From: an uncultured Spirochaetaceae bacterium
Lineage (GTDB): Bacteria; Spirochaetota; Spirochaetia; Sphaerochaetales; Sphaerochaetaceae
Direction: 5' to 3'
DNA: 64,000 nucleotides
Assembly: GCA_944389115.1 (NCBI GenBank)
Contig: CALXLE010000083.1
Location: 417-64,416 of the forward strand
Numbering within the stretch: the stretch's first letter is position 1; every line of letters begins with the position of its first letter. The position numbers and the translations under genes are program-made. The notes below the pieces were generated by a model, which made no database searches, was not told the origin of the DNA, and saw nothing but the letters and a program-made list of their open reading frames with translations. This document shows, piece by piece, positions 48,973-59,508 of this stretch.

Positions 48973-49935
48973 TCATCTTTCGCAGAGTTCGTTGATTCTT
49001 GCAGCTGAATCAGAGGAGATTGCCATCATGGCATCCCAGTCGCATTCAATCTGCGGGATTTCTGCAAGTGTTGATCTGTTGCTGTACTCGATATCCGTCC
49101 TTCCGGGGAGAAGATATGCGTCCGTTACCATCTTCTGGGCATCTTCGGAAAGAAGATAATCAATAAATGCCTTTGCATTATCCATATCAGGAGCGGTCTT
49201 CATGATCATTGCAGGGCGAGGGTTCACAACAGTACCGCTTGCTGGGTAGTAGATTGCAAGAGGCTCGCCATCTGCCATCGAGGAGTAGGCATTGTAATCA
49301 ACACCTGCGATGAGGATTCCGACCTCGCCTGTTGTTACTGCCTCAAGGGCAGCCTTGTTCGCTCCTGGTACGATCATTCCATTATCCGCAAGGGCTTCGA
49401 ATGTATCCCATCCAAAAGCATTGACATAGCCTGCGACGAAATCCTTGCAAGCACCGGAAAGCTCCGGATCAGGGATCGCGATATCATTCCTGTACTGGGA
49501 ATCGGCAAGCTCCTGCCAGTCAGCGCTGAGCTCTGGATAGATAAGCGTATTATAGATTACTCCTACTGCTGAAGCACTGTATCCGAAGAGCGTTGAATCG
49601 GAATCTATCCAGCCTGGAACCATCTTGTCAGCATTTGCAGGAACATATGACTCCAGCTGTCCGCTGTTCTTCATTGAAAGGCCATCTGACCAAGAGGCAA
49701 GAATGACAACATCTGCAACGGGATTCGCCTTCTCTGTTTCAAGACGAGCGAGGATTTCTCCGGTCGTACCCTGGAAAGTCCTGACTTCGATACCTGTCTT
49801 TGCCTCGAAATCCGCAGCGAGCTTGTTTGCGAGTCCTGCAGGAGATGGCATGTATACAGTTACGATTCCCTTATCAGAAGCAGATAGGGAAAGAACCGAT
49901 AGAAGCATGATAAGAACAATAAGAGTTTTCTTCAT
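48973..49935 (-). CDS. ABC transporter periplasmic substrate-binding protein (Fe3+/thiamine-like SBP family)
   Basis: Signal peptide MKKTLIVLIMLLSVLSLSA. GGAAGGAA SD upstream. It lies in an operon between the ATPase and permease genes. Confidence 0.8.
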   Translation of the reverse strand: MKKTLIVLIMLLSVLSLSASDKGIVTVYMPSPAGLANKLAADFEAKTGIEVRTFQGTTGEILARLETEKANPVADVVILASWSDGLSMKNSGQLESYVPANADKMVPGWIDSDSTLFGYSASAVGVIYNTLIYPELSADWQELADSQYRNDIAIPDPELSGACKDFVAGYVNAFGWDTFEALADNGMIVPGANKAALEAVTTGEVGILIAGVDYNAYSSMADGEPLAIYYPASGTVVNPRPAMIMKTAPDMDNAKAFIDYLLSEDAQKMVTDAYLLPGRTDIEYSNRSTLAEIPQIECDWDAMMAISSDSAARINELCER

Positions 49936-49948
49936 TTCTTCCTTCCTT

Positions 49949-50911
49949 TCAGTTATCAATCCTTAGGATTGAATTCCTGTTTATATAGATAGGGATTGCA
50001 GTCCCCGTTTCTATTCTCTTTTCCGATCCGATGACCCATTTTTCATTGCCATATTGCATGAGGATGCGATATGAGGAGCCTAGGTACTCAGAACCTATTA
50101 CAGTTGCAGTAAAGCTTTCATCGTCGCTGGAATTTCTCTCAAGCTTTGCATTTTCAGGCCGGAACATCCGATTATCATCTATCCAGTCCGATGAGCCGAC
50201 GAAACGGGCAGCGAATTCTGAAGCTGGATTCGAATAGATTTCCTCCGGTGAGGCATATTGCTCTATCTTCCCTCTGGACATCACCGCAATCATATCGGAC
50301 ATCGACATTGCTTCGGTCTGATCATGCGTCACGAATACCGATGTGATACCGCGCTGCGATACAAGAGCTTTCAGTTCGCTCCTCATTTCCTCTCTTAGAA
50401 GTGCATCAAGTGCAGAAAGCGGCTCATCGAACAGGATGCATTCAGGCTCTGTTACGATAGCCCTTGCGAATGATACTCTCTGCTGCTGTCCGCCGGAGAG
50501 TTCCGATGGGTAACTGTCAATATAATCCTCAAGCTGTACAGCTCGAAGCGCATTCCTTACCTTGGATTCAAGATCATCGGTTTTCTTCTGTACCTTAAGC
50601 CCGAAAGCGACATTGTCCTTTACCTTCATATGGGGCCATAATGCAAAATCCTGGAAAACAAATCCGAGTCCCCGTTTTTCTGGAGGGATTGAGATTCCTT
50701 CATCCGAGGAGAACACGCATTTGCCTCCAAGCATTATCCTTCCACTGTCAGGTGTCTCAAGGCCAGTAATCATTCTCAGCAAAGTAGTCTTGCCGCATCC
50801 AGAAGGTCCGAGAAGGGTCGTAAAGCTTCCTGAAGGGATATCAATGGTGAGATTATCTATAACCTTTTTGCTGCCAAAGGACTTTGTGATGTTCTGAAGT
50901 CTGATTTCCAC
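49949..50911 (-). CDS. ABC transporter ATP-binding protein (FbpC/PotA-like)
   Basis: Walker [10 protein letters not shown], signature LSGGQQQR, Walker [12 protein letters not shown]. Confidence 0.9.
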   Translation of the reverse strand: MEIRLQNITKSFGSKKVIDNLTIDIPSGSFTTLLGPSGCGKTTLLRMITGLETPDSGRIMLGGKCVFSSDEGISIPPEKRGLGFVFQDFALWPHMKVKDNVAFGLKVQKKTDDLESKVRNALRAVQLEDYIDSYPSELSGGQQQRVSFARAIVTEPECILFDEPLSALDALLREEMRSELKALVSQRGITSVFVTHDQTEAMSMSDMIAVMSRGKIEQYASPEEIYSNPASEFAARFVGSSDWIDDNRMFRPENAKLERNSSDDESFTATVIGSEYLGSSYRILMQYGNEKWVIGSEKRIETGTAIPIYINRNSILRIDN

Positions 50912-51042
50912 AGTAATTCCTTTATTGTCTATATATTGAGCTTCTGTTAATTAATCATATTTCCCTTGGTTAATTCCGTTTTAATTCGTGTTTTCATTCT
51001 TGATTTTGCGGCAGATAGACGGGTCTGAAGCGTATATACAGT

Positions 51043-51765
51043 ATGCGGATATTATTTTTGATTACGGCTGCCGTCCTTCTTATATGCTGCTCGATTGAAA
51101 CGCCTCGTACTGTGACTCTCCGGATAGCGGAGGATCATCCTTTCGAAATCCTTGCCTCTGAGGATATGTGGTATACACTCAGATATTTTGATGGAAAGGG
51201 GATTGTGGAACGATATGTTCCCGCATCCGTGAGGACAATAGATGTAGTGGTTTATACGGGAGGACTAAGGCCTTTCGTGCTTATACCGCTTGGATCTCTT
51301 GGCCCTATTGGGGGATTTTTTGAGCCTGGCGATGTCAGCTATATAGAGCTTCGAAGTGAATACGGTTCCTTTGCCGAGATGCTTGTAGGCGCTGCAGAAT
51401 ACAGGCCATCTGCTGTATCAAGGTTATCAGTAGAAGAGATAATTGAGGATTATCCAGATCTTGCGCTCATTGATGAGCTTGCATTCCTTGCGGATTTGTT
51501 TGAAGGGACTCTTCGCAAAGGACAGCTTAAGCTCTATGCGAAGGATGTCCTGATGATTGATACAGTACCTGAAGGGGAGTGGGTCTCTGAGCGATATGAT
51601 ACACCTTCATTCTCTGTTGCATTCTCTGGTCGTCCTGTATATCTGGATCTCCATCCAGGAGTCTTCAGATTCATGAACTGGCAACGGGGCTTGCTTCTTA
51701 CCATTGCTGTTACGGAAGAGTGGGAAAAGAGTGCCAATATAAGCAAAGCACCAGTATGGTATTGA
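51043..51765 (+). CDS. Hypothetical lipoprotein
   Basis: Signal peptide with Cys (MRILFLITAAVLLICCS). No recognisable domain. Confidence 0.5.
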   Translation: MRILFLITAAVLLICCSIETPRTVTLRIAEDHPFEILASEDMWYTLRYFDGKGIVERYVPASVRTIDVVVYTGGLRPFVLIPLGSLGPIGGFFEPGDVSYIELRSEYGSFAEMLVGAAEYRPSAVSRLSVEEIIEDYPDLALIDELAFLADLFEGTLRKGQLKLYAKDVLMIDTVPEGEWVSERYDTPSFSVAFSGRPVYLDLHPGVFRFMNWQRGLLLTIAVTEEWEKSANISKAPVWY

Positions 51766-51799
51766 GCGCAGATGCCAACATGTGTAGACTCATACTGCT

Positions 51800-53002
51800 A
51801 TGGAATCACTGAGAGAACTCTATCGTATAGGATATGGTCCATCATCTTCGCACACAATGGGTCCTAGGAATGCTGCAGGCATGTTCCTTGAGAACCATCC
51901 TGAGGCAAAGAAGGTCAGGGCAGAGCTTTATGGCTCTCTTGCAGCGACCGGCAAAGGCCATCTGACGGACAGAGCTCTCCGTGAGGTATTCAAGGAGCAT
52001 GGTTCTGATATCGAGATACTGTGGTTTCCCGACACCTTCAAGCCTTTTCATCCGAATGCTCTTACGCTTATCGAACTTGAGCCTGGCAATGCTTCCGAAA
52101 CCTACTATTCAGTTGGAGGCGGAAAGGTTGTACACGAAGGCGAAAGCACAGAGGACAAGGATGTATATGATAACAGGAAGGTCGGAACCATGCGCAAGCT
52201 TCTTTCCTACTGTGATGAGACCGGATACCAGATCTGGGAAGTGGCAGTAGAGGCAGAAGGGGAAGAAATACTGGATTATGTCTTCGATGTATGGACTGTC
52301 ATGAAGGATGCAATAAAACGTGGACTTGAGGCAGAAGGGGTTCTTCCGGGAGGTCTGCATCTTCAGAGAAAAGCATGCCAGGCATATGCCAAGGCCCGTG
52401 ATTTCTCAGGGACAATGGGAAACACAGCCCATGGCTTTGCATACGCACTTGCCGTATCGGAGGAGAATGCCGGCGGAGGCAAGATCGTCACAGCACCCAC
52501 CTGCGGAAGCGCTGGAGTCCTGCCAGGAGCTCTTTATCATATATCCAGGGAGTACAATATTCCTGAAGTAAGAGTGCTCCGGGCTCTCCTGACTGCAGGT
52601 CTTGTCGGCAATATTGTGAAGGAGAACGGGTCTATATCAGGGGCGGATGTTGGATGCCAGGGAGAGGTAGGTGTCGCTTGCGCTATGGCAGGAGCGGCTT
52701 GTGCACAGCTTCTTGGAGGCTCGATATACCAGATAGAGTATGCTGCGGAAATGGGGCTTGAGCATCATCTTGGGCTCACCTGCGATCCCCTTATGGGACT
52801 GGTCCAGATTCCATGCATCGAGCGCAATGCGATGGCTGCTATGAGGGCAATCGACCATGCTTCATATGCTCTTATGGGCGATGGAAGGCATAAGATATCC
52901 TTTGATGACGTTGTCGAGGTTATGATGGAGACAGGTCATGCGCTTCCTTCCCTTTACAGAGAGACGTCGATGGGAGGGCTTGCTAGGATCCATGAGATGT
53001 GA
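51800..53002 (+). CDS. sdaA: L-serine ammonia-lyase (iron-sulfur type, single chain)
   Basis: YRIGYGPSSSHTMGP N-terminus; CGSAGV, CQGEVGVA and GLTCDP motifs. Confidence 0.9.
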   Translation: MESLRELYRIGYGPSSSHTMGPRNAAGMFLENHPEAKKVRAELYGSLAATGKGHLTDRALREVFKEHGSDIEILWFPDTFKPFHPNALTLIELEPGNASETYYSVGGGKVVHEGESTEDKDVYDNRKVGTMRKLLSYCDETGYQIWEVAVEAEGEEILDYVFDVWTVMKDAIKRGLEAEGVLPGGLHLQRKACQAYAKARDFSGTMGNTAHGFAYALAVSEENAGGGKIVTAPTCGSAGVLPGALYHISREYNIPEVRVLRALLTAGLVGNIVKENGSISGADVGCQGEVGVACAMAGAACAQLLGGSIYQIEYAAEMGLEHHLGLTCDPLMGLVQIPCIERNAMAAMRAIDHASYALMGDGRHKISFDDVVEVMMETGHALPSLYRETSMGGLARIHEM

Positions 53003-53013
53003 TCCACTGCTGC

Positions 53014-55491
53014 TCAGATATACCTGCCTGTAATGCTTTCCGGCGAGGCTTTTATCATATCAGGAGTTCCTGCTGCTACGATAGTTCCGCCATCATTGCC
53101 TCCACCCGGTCCCATATCTATGATGTAGTCGGCATTGCGTATCACATCAAGATCATGTTCGATTACGATTACTGTGGCTCCATTATCTATGAGTGTCTGG
53201 AATACTTCCAGCAGGCTCAGTACATCCAGAGGGTGCAATCCTATTGTTGGCTCATCGAAGATAAAGACGGAGTCTGACTGCTGCCGTCCCATTTCGCTTG
53301 CGAGTTTCAGTCTTTGCGCTTCTCCTCCAGAAAGTCCGGGAGTTTCCTCTCCAAGGGTAAGATAGCCCAGACCCAGCTCTCTGAGTATCACGAGCTTCTG
53401 AAGTATCTGCTTCTGTTCCGTAATGGCTTTGATTGCGCTGTCGACATCCATATCCATAAGCTCGGGGAGAGTATATTCCTCTCCTCTGCTGTTTCTGTAT
53501 ATCGCATAGCCTGTTTCCTTGGAATAGCGAGAGCCGCGGCATTCAGGGCATGGGATATCAACATCGGGGAGGAACTGCACGTCGAGGCTTATTGATCCCG
53601 TTCCATCGCATACAGGGCAGCGGAGCTTTCCTGTGTTGTATGAGAAATCGCTGGCTTTGTAGCCATGGGCTTTTGCTCCCGGGGTTTTTGCAAATAGCTT
53701 CCTGAGTTCATCATGTACATCGGAATATGTTGCGACAGTAGATCTTATATTGATACCGATTGGTGTGGCATCTATAAGCTTGACCTGCCTTATACCATCT
53801 GCCTGGATGGATTTCACATGCAGCGGAAGCTTTCTTCCATTTACAAGAGCATCGAGTGCCGGTACAAGGCTTTCCAGAATGAATGTTGTCTTTCCAGATC
53901 CTGATACTCCTGTGATAACTGTCAATCTGCCTTTCGGTATATCCGCTACAAGCGGCTTCACCGTATGGATCTCATCCGTAGAAATACTGATAAGACCTTC
54001 GTCAAAGATGTGCTGGTATCCACATGGTTTTCTTGCTTGCGTATCAATGCTTCCTGAAAGGAATGGCCCGATGCGTGACGAACTGTTCTTGCTGATATCC
54101 TCAACTGTCCCTTCTGCTATTACCCTGCCTCCGCTTGCACCAGATCCTGGGCCCATCTCAATGATCCAGTCAGCTTCGGAGAGGATTGCCGTGTCATGGT
54201 CCACAAGTACAACTGAATTGCCATCATCCACAAGATCATGCATGACTCCCTTCAGTCCTTCGATATTCGATGGGTGCAGTCCGATTGAAGGTTCATCGAG
54301 GACATACAGGACGCCTGTGGTGCGGTTTCTGACAGCGCGCGCAAGCTGCATCCGCTGCCGTTCCCCTGTTGAAAGCGTTCCTGCTGATCTATCGAGTGAA
54401 AGATATCCGAGCCCAAGATCCATCAGGCGTCTTGCGGTATCAAGGAATGATTCAGCAATGCGCTCAGCCATAGGCTTCATTTCTGCAGGAAGAGACTGAG
54501 GAACATTCCTGACCCATGGGATTATCTCCGAAAGGGTCATCGTGCAGGCTTCATCAAGGGAAATTCCGCAGAGCTTAGGAGCTCTTGCCTTCTCTGAAAG
54601 CCTTGATCCATGGCAGTCCGGGCATGTATCCTCCTTCAGAAACTTCTCAACACGCTTCATTCCCTGTTCATCCTTCACTTTCGCAAGGGCATTCTCGACA
54701 GTATAGACAGCATTGTAGTATGTGAAATCAAGCTCTGCCGCCTGATTTGAGTTCTTGGCCTTATAGAAGATATGCTTCTTCACGGCAGGGCCATTGAATA
54801 CAATATCCTTTTCCTTCTCTGTCAGATTTCTGAAAGGAATATCAGTACGCACACCCATTTCCCTGCAGACATCGACCATCAATGACCACATCAGGGAGTT
54901 CCATGGCGCAACTGCCCCTTGGTCGATAGTGAGTGATTCATCGGGCACAAGCGTGGTCCTGTCGACTGTATGCACTATGCCTGTGCCATTGCATCTTGGA
55001 CATGCGCCTTGGCTGTTGAATGCGAGTTCCTCTGCAGATGGTGCATAGAATGTTTCTCCGCAGATAGGGCAAATGAGTTCGTTTCCTGCTGCGACATCAA
55101 GGGAAGGTGCGAGGTAATGGCCATTCGGACAGCGGTGGCTTGCAAGCCGGGAGAACATCAGACGGAGGGAATTGAGGAGCTCGCTTCCTGTCCCGAATGT
55201 GCTTCTGATGCCCGGAACACCAGGCCTTTGTCTCAGAGCGAGTGCCGCAGGGATGTAGAGGACATCATCCACCCAGGCACGTTCTGCCTGTGTCATACGC
55301 CTCCGCGTATAAGTGGAAAGAGATTCAAGATATCGTCTTGATCCTTCTGCATATAGGACTCCAAGAGCAAGGGATGATTTTCCGGAGCCTGATACTCCTG
55401 CAATTCCGACTATCTCATTGAGAGGTATATCAACATCGATATTCTTCAGATTATGAACTTTAGCACCGCGTACGAGAATTCTGTCTGCCAT
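53014..55491 (-). CDS. UvrA-family ABC ATPase paralogue lacking the UvrB-binding domain (825 aa)
   Basis: Two ABC modules (GVSGSGKSS; GVSGSGKTT; LSTGERQR; LSGGEAQR). The Zn-module cysteines are present (CPNGH...CPICG...CPRCNGTG), but only about 20 residues separate them where canonical UvrA carries the ~140-aa UvrB-binding domain. Confidence 0.88.
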   Translation of the reverse strand: MADRILVRGAKVHNLKNIDVDIPLNEIVGIAGVSGSGKSSLALGVLYAEGSRRYLESLSTYTRRRMTQAERAWVDDVLYIPAALALRQRPGVPGIRSTFGTGSELLNSLRLMFSRLASHRCPNGHYLAPSLDVAAGNELICPICGETFYAPSAEELAFNSQGACPRCNGTGIVHTVDRTTLVPDESLTIDQGAVAPWNSLMWSLMVDVCREMGVRTDIPFRNLTEKEKDIVFNGPAVKKHIFYKAKNSNQAAELDFTYYNAVYTVENALAKVKDEQGMKRVEKFLKEDTCPDCHGSRLSEKARAPKLCGISLDEACTMTLSEIIPWVRNVPQSLPAEMKPMAERIAESFLDTARRLMDLGLGYLSLDRSAGTLSTGERQRMQLARAVRNRTTGVLYVLDEPSIGLHPSNIEGLKGVMHDLVDDGNSVVLVDHDTAILSEADWIIEMGPGSGASGGRVIAEGTVEDISKNSSSRIGPFLSGSIDTQARKPCGYQHIFDEGLISISTDEIHTVKPLVADIPKGRLTVITGVSGSGKTTFILESLVPALDALVNGRKLPLHVKSIQADGIRQVKLIDATPIGINIRSTVATYSDVHDELRKLFAKTPGAKAHGYKASDFSYNTGKLRCPVCDGTGSISLDVQFLPDVDIPCPECRGSRYSKETGYAIYRNSRGEEYTLPELMDMDVDSAIKAITEQKQILQKLVILRELGLGYLTLGEETPGLSGGEAQRLKLASEMGRQQSDSVFIFDEPTIGLHPLDVLSLLEVFQTLIDNGATVIVIEHDLDVIRNADYIIDMGPGGGNDGGTIVAAGTPDMIKASPESITGRYI

Positions 55492-55564
55492 GGTGGGAAT
55501 TATAGTAAGAACTCCAGTGATGGGAAATCAGAGAATACTCCTTAATCAAGTAAACAGTGGTTTC

Positions 55565-55616
55565 TTATAATAGAAAAGAGGCTACCTTTAAAGCCTGGGC
55601 TTTAGCGGTAGCCTCT
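55565..55616 (-). terminator. Long hairpin terminator downstream of the beta-helix lipoprotein gene
   Basis: AGAGGCTACC ... GGTAGCCTCT outer stem with an inner AAAGCC/GGCTTT stem. On the minus strand it is followed by TTTCTATTAT. Confidence 0.55.
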
Positions 55617-55641
55617 CTATGATTCTATTGCGGAATCAGTT

Positions 55642-56685
55642 TCATGAGATCGGGTTTCCATTGATGGAAATATTATTCCCGTAGGAATAATCCTTTGTTT
55701 TTATATCTTGTTCTATTTCTTCTGAAATGCTGAGATCCACATGGTAGTTGGATGTGCTAGCAACATAGACTCTAGGATGGTTTGGAGTTTCCATAACAAT
55801 TGATGTTGAATCATCAACAGAACAGGTTGTGTTATATTCATAGGAATTCTCTGTAGCATTGCCTACAACCAGAGTTGCATACGGAACTGAGTTCCCATCT
55901 TTCCAGTTGCCGTTTGCATATTGACCAAAATCAGATGCATCTACGTTACCATTGGAAACAAGCTTACTATTATTTTTAATGGTTGCATATCCTCCTCTTA
56001 CGATAAGAGCCTGAGCTCCTCCTTCAATATGCGAATCGATGATGCTCAGTGTGCTTGGGATATTGAATAGAAGACCAGTACCATTATTTGCAATAAGCCT
56101 AGAACCATTAATGGTGATATTTACACCGTTGACAGCGGTACTTGCGTTTGTTCCTACAGCGTATCCTCCGCCTGCTGATATAGTAGAGTTGTTTATAGTA
56201 AGCTCTGCCGCAGTCTGATCGACAAGGATTCCGGTTCTTGCTGAATTATATGTAACATTATTCAGTGTCAGCGAAGAGCCCTGCTGGAGCTTGATAAAGG
56301 CTTTTGAGTCATTTATCTCTGTAGGAATTAATATATTAAGCGTTCCTCCATTGCCATTAATTGTTACATCAGATCCTTCTGCAATAACAAGACGACCATT
56401 TGTATCAGCAGATGATGCTGCATTCAATGTGAGTGTATTGCCATTCAGGTTGATGCTGTAATTCCTGTTTTCTTTGATTGGAAGATCAGAAACTGAAATA
56501 CTGCTTGTCAGTCTAACCTGTCCTGTTGTACTGAGCATCTCCGCAAAGCTCTCTGATGTGCCTACATCGTATGGAGTTGAATCGTCCTCCCCGGGAAGAG
56601 GGAAGGGAATGAACCTGTACTGTGTGCATGATGCCGCTGTCAGCAGCACAAGCAGGATAATCAATGTTTTAAATAGAGTTTTCAT
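55642..56685 (-). CDS. Lipoprotein with parallel beta-helix (PbH1-like) repeats
   Basis: Lipobox LLTAAS|C. The body is repetitive and Asn/Gly/Thr-rich, with about 22-25-aa turns (TLNAAS.., VTINGNGGTLNI.., LTINNSTISAGGG.., ITINGSRLIANNGTG..). Confidence 0.65.
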   Translation of the reverse strand: MKTLFKTLIILLVLLTAASCTQYRFIPFPLPGEDDSTPYDVGTSESFAEMLSTTGQVRLTSSISVSDLPIKENRNYSINLNGNTLTLNAASSADTNGRLVIAEGSDVTINGNGGTLNILIPTEINDSKAFIKLQQGSSLTLNNVTYNSARTGILVDQTAAELTINNSTISAGGGYAVGTNASTAVNGVNITINGSRLIANNGTGLLFNIPSTLSIIDSHIEGGAQALIVRGGYATIKNNSKLVSNGNVDASDFGQYANGNWKDGNSVPYATLVVGNATENSYEYNTTCSVDDSTSIVMETPNHPRVYVASTSNYHVDLSISEEIEQDIKTKDYSYGNNISINGNPIS

Positions 56686-56701
56686 ACAACACCTCTAGGC
56701 T

Positions 56702-56729
56702 AGAGTACCCCCCCCCAGTAGTTTGTCAA
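56702..56729 (-). promoter_or_regulatory. Candidate promoter of the lipoprotein gene with a G9 tract in the spacer
   Basis: Minus strand: TTGACA (56729..56724) - AACTACT - G9 (56716..56708) - TACTCT (56707..56702). This is followed by the GAGGTG SD and the ATG at 56685. Confidence 0.5.
56708..56716 (-). repeat. Homopolymeric G9 (C9 on + strand) tract
   Basis: Read directly: ...gagtaCCCCCCCCCagtag... It is the longest G/C homopolymer I saw in the window. Confidence 0.9.
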
Positions 56730-56751
56730 TACAAATTTGTTTATCCTGAAT

Positions 56752-56781
56752 GAAAAAGGACCTGATTTTCACGTCAGGCCC
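56752..56781 (-). terminator. Rho-independent terminator downstream of leuS
   Basis: Minus strand GGGCCTGA-CGTGAAAA-TCAGGTCC followed by TTTTTCATTC. Confidence 0.65.
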
Positions 56782-56807
56782 TTTGAGAGTTCAGTTGCTT
56801 GTTTAGC

Positions 56808-59321
56808 TTACTTTACAACGATATTCACAAGCTTGTTCGGGACAACAATCTCCTTGACGATCTCCTTGCCCTCAATCCATGTCTTGATCTTCTCGTCATT
56901 CTTAGCTTCTCTGAGCATCTCTTCCTTTGAAGCACCCTGAGGCATCTGCAGTCTTGCCCTGAGCTTGCCATTGACCTGGACAACAACTTCGATAGTCGCA
57001 TCAATGGTCTTGGCAACATCGTATTCAGGCCATTTCTCATTTGCCACAGATGGCTCATGACCGAACATGACCCAGAGTTCCTCTGCAAGGTGCGGCGTGT
57101 ATGGAGAGAGCAGGAGGGTGAGGTTCTCCATTGCTTTCTTCGGTACTACCTCAAGCTTGTTGAGCTCATTGACGAATACCATCATCTGGCTGATTGCCGT
57201 ATTGAATGACAGGGATTCAGTATCCTCGGTTACCTTCTTTATAGTCTTATGCATAAGGCTATCGATCTCAGGAGTAAGCTCTATATCCTCAATCTTCTTC
57301 TCTGTAGAGATTCTCCAGATTCTATCGAGGAAACGGTATACTCCGATAAAACCATTTGTTGCCCAGGGCTTCGATTCTCTGAGCGGTCCCATGAACATCT
57401 CGTACATTCTTACGCTGTCAGCACCATAGTTCCTGATGAAATCATCGGGATTGATGACATTCTTGAGGGATTTTGACATCTTTGCTATGACCTGAGTCAG
57501 CTCTTCACCAGTCTCCTTGTCATAGTATTTGCCGTCCTTTTCCTCTACGAGATCTGTCGGAACGAGGCTCTTGTTCGCCTTCTGATAGGCAAATGATGTA
57601 ATCATTCCCTGGTTCACGAGACGGTGGAACGGCTCATCTGTAGATACCAGCCCGAGATCATAGAGCACTTTGTGCCAGAATCTCGAATAGAGAAGATGGA
57701 GAACTGCATGCTCAGCACCACCTACATAGAGGTTGACCGGCATCCAGTACTTCTCTTTCTCTGGGTCTATGAAAGCTTTCTCATTCTTTGGATCGATATA
57801 CCTGAGATAGTACCAGCAGGAACCTGCCCACTGAGGCATTGTGTTTGTCTCTCTCTTTGCATCAGCGCCGCAGACAGGGCATTTGCAATTGACCCAGCTC
57901 TCGACATTCACAAGAGGTGATTCACCTGTTCCCGATGGCTCGTACTTGTCTACCTCTGGCAGACGGAGCGGAAGCTGGTCCTCTGGAACTGTCACTGTTC
58001 CGCAGTGAGGGCAGTGGATGAGAGGAATAGGCTCTCCCCAGTAGCGCTGGCGGGAGAAGACCCAATCGCGGAGCTTGTAGTTGATAGCTTTATGCCCGTA
58101 ACCCTTTTCCTCAAGGAATGCAAGCATCTTCTCTATGGCATCCTTCTTGTTCAGGCCATCAAGCCATTCGGAATTGACGTGTATTCCATCCTCTGTCCAG
58201 GCCTGCTCCTGCACATCTACCTCTGATTTGAGTACTTCGATGATTGGAAGACCGAACTTCTTTGCGAACTCCCAGTCCCTGTCATCATGGGCAGGAACGG
58301 CCATGATAGCACCCGTTCCATAGCTTATAAGGACATAATCGGCAATCCAGATAGGGATGCGCTTGCCGTTTACAGGGTTGATGGCATAGGAGCCGGAGAA
58401 GACGCCTGTCTTATCCTTAGCAAGATCGGTTCTCTCGAGATCTGATTTATGCTTCGTCTCATCAAGATACTTATCAACAGCAGCTTTCTGCTCTGGGGTC
58501 GTAAGCTTCCCGACAAGCGGATGCTCCGGAGCCACAACCATGTACGTCGCACCGAAAAGCGTATCGCAGCGTGTTGTGTATACCTCTAGCTTTTCCTCCA
58601 TCCCATCAATCTGGAAGAATACAGCTGCACCTTCTGATCTTCCGATCCAGTTGCGCTGCATTGCCTTTACAGACTCTGGCCAGTCGAGCTCATCAAGTCC
58701 TTCGAGAAGCTTGTCAGCGTATGCAGTAATCCTGAGCATCCACTGCCTGATGTTCTTCTTCTCGACCTTCTCTCCGCAGCGCTCGCAATGGCCTTCCTTT
58801 ACTTCCTCGTTCGCAAGTCCTGTCTTGCAGCTCGGGCACCAGTTGATCGGAGTGACAGCTTCATATGCAAGTCCTTTCTTGTATAGCTGTTCGAAGATCC
58901 ACTGTGTCCAGTGATAGTAGTCCGGATCGCATGTAGATATCTCGCGGTCCCAGTCATATGAGAATCCAAGGCTCTTTATCTGGCGGCGGAATGTCTCGAT
59001 ATTCTTCTCTGTTGTTACCCAAGGATGGGTTCCGGTCTTGATTGCATAGTTCTCGGCAGGAAGACCGAATGAATCGAATCCCATCGGATGGAGGACATTA
59101 TAGCCTTTCATTCTCAGATATCTTGAATAGATATCCGTTGCCGTATAGCCTTCCGGATGTCCTACATGCAGGCCTGCTCCTGATGGATATGGGAACATAT
59201 CGAGGATATATCTCCTCTTTTCTTTTGGAACCGAAGGATCCTCTTCCGTATGGAAGGTCTTGTGCTCTTCCCAGTATTTCTGCCACTTGGGCTCTATCTC
59301 ATTGAAAGGATACTTGCTCAT
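56808..59321 (-). CDS. leuS: Leucyl-tRNA synthetase
   Basis: HVGHPEGY (HIGH motif), KMSKSLKN (KMSKS), CP1 editing domain; 837 aa. Confidence 0.97.
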   Translation of the reverse strand: MSKYPFNEIEPKWQKYWEEHKTFHTEEDPSVPKEKRRYILDMFPYPSGAGLHVGHPEGYTATDIYSRYLRMKGYNVLHPMGFDSFGLPAENYAIKTGTHPWVTTEKNIETFRRQIKSLGFSYDWDREISTCDPDYYHWTQWIFEQLYKKGLAYEAVTPINWCPSCKTGLANEEVKEGHCERCGEKVEKKNIRQWMLRITAYADKLLEGLDELDWPESVKAMQRNWIGRSEGAAVFFQIDGMEEKLEVYTTRCDTLFGATYMVVAPEHPLVGKLTTPEQKAAVDKYLDETKHKSDLERTDLAKDKTGVFSGSYAINPVNGKRIPIWIADYVLISYGTGAIMAVPAHDDRDWEFAKKFGLPIIEVLKSEVDVQEQAWTEDGIHVNSEWLDGLNKKDAIEKMLAFLEEKGYGHKAINYKLRDWVFSRQRYWGEPIPLIHCPHCGTVTVPEDQLPLRLPEVDKYEPSGTGESPLVNVESWVNCKCPVCGADAKRETNTMPQWAGSCWYYLRYIDPKNEKAFIDPEKEKYWMPVNLYVGGAEHAVLHLLYSRFWHKVLYDLGLVSTDEPFHRLVNQGMITSFAYQKANKSLVPTDLVEEKDGKYYDKETGEELTQVIAKMSKSLKNVINPDDFIRNYGADSVRMYEMFMGPLRESKPWATNGFIGVYRFLDRIWRISTEKKIEDIELTPEIDSLMHKTIKKVTEDTESLSFNTAISQMMVFVNELNKLEVVPKKAMENLTLLLSPYTPHLAEELWVMFGHEPSVANEKWPEYDVAKTIDATIEVVVQVNGKLRARLQMPQGASKEEMLREAKNDEKIKTWIEGKEIVKEIVVPNKLVNIVVK

Positions 59322-59508
59322 AGCGATGAGAATATCATTAAGGGAGGAAAAAGGCTATGGATGATATCACTATTGCGGACATTATCACGGCCTTAACACA
59401 GCACTGTTTTCCTTTGCTCCGAATTAACCTGGAACTAACTCCATAATGGCAGAAGGGAATGGCTCCAGATGGTAATTTCTCCATAGATTCATCCGCATGG
59501 AGGACCAA

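Noticed and set aside
50912-51042. Possible riboswitch or Fur box upstream of the Fe/thiamine-type ABC operon
   Set aside because: No TPP-riboswitch core sequences and no convincing Fur palindrome are present. There are only AT-rich TTAATTAAT words.
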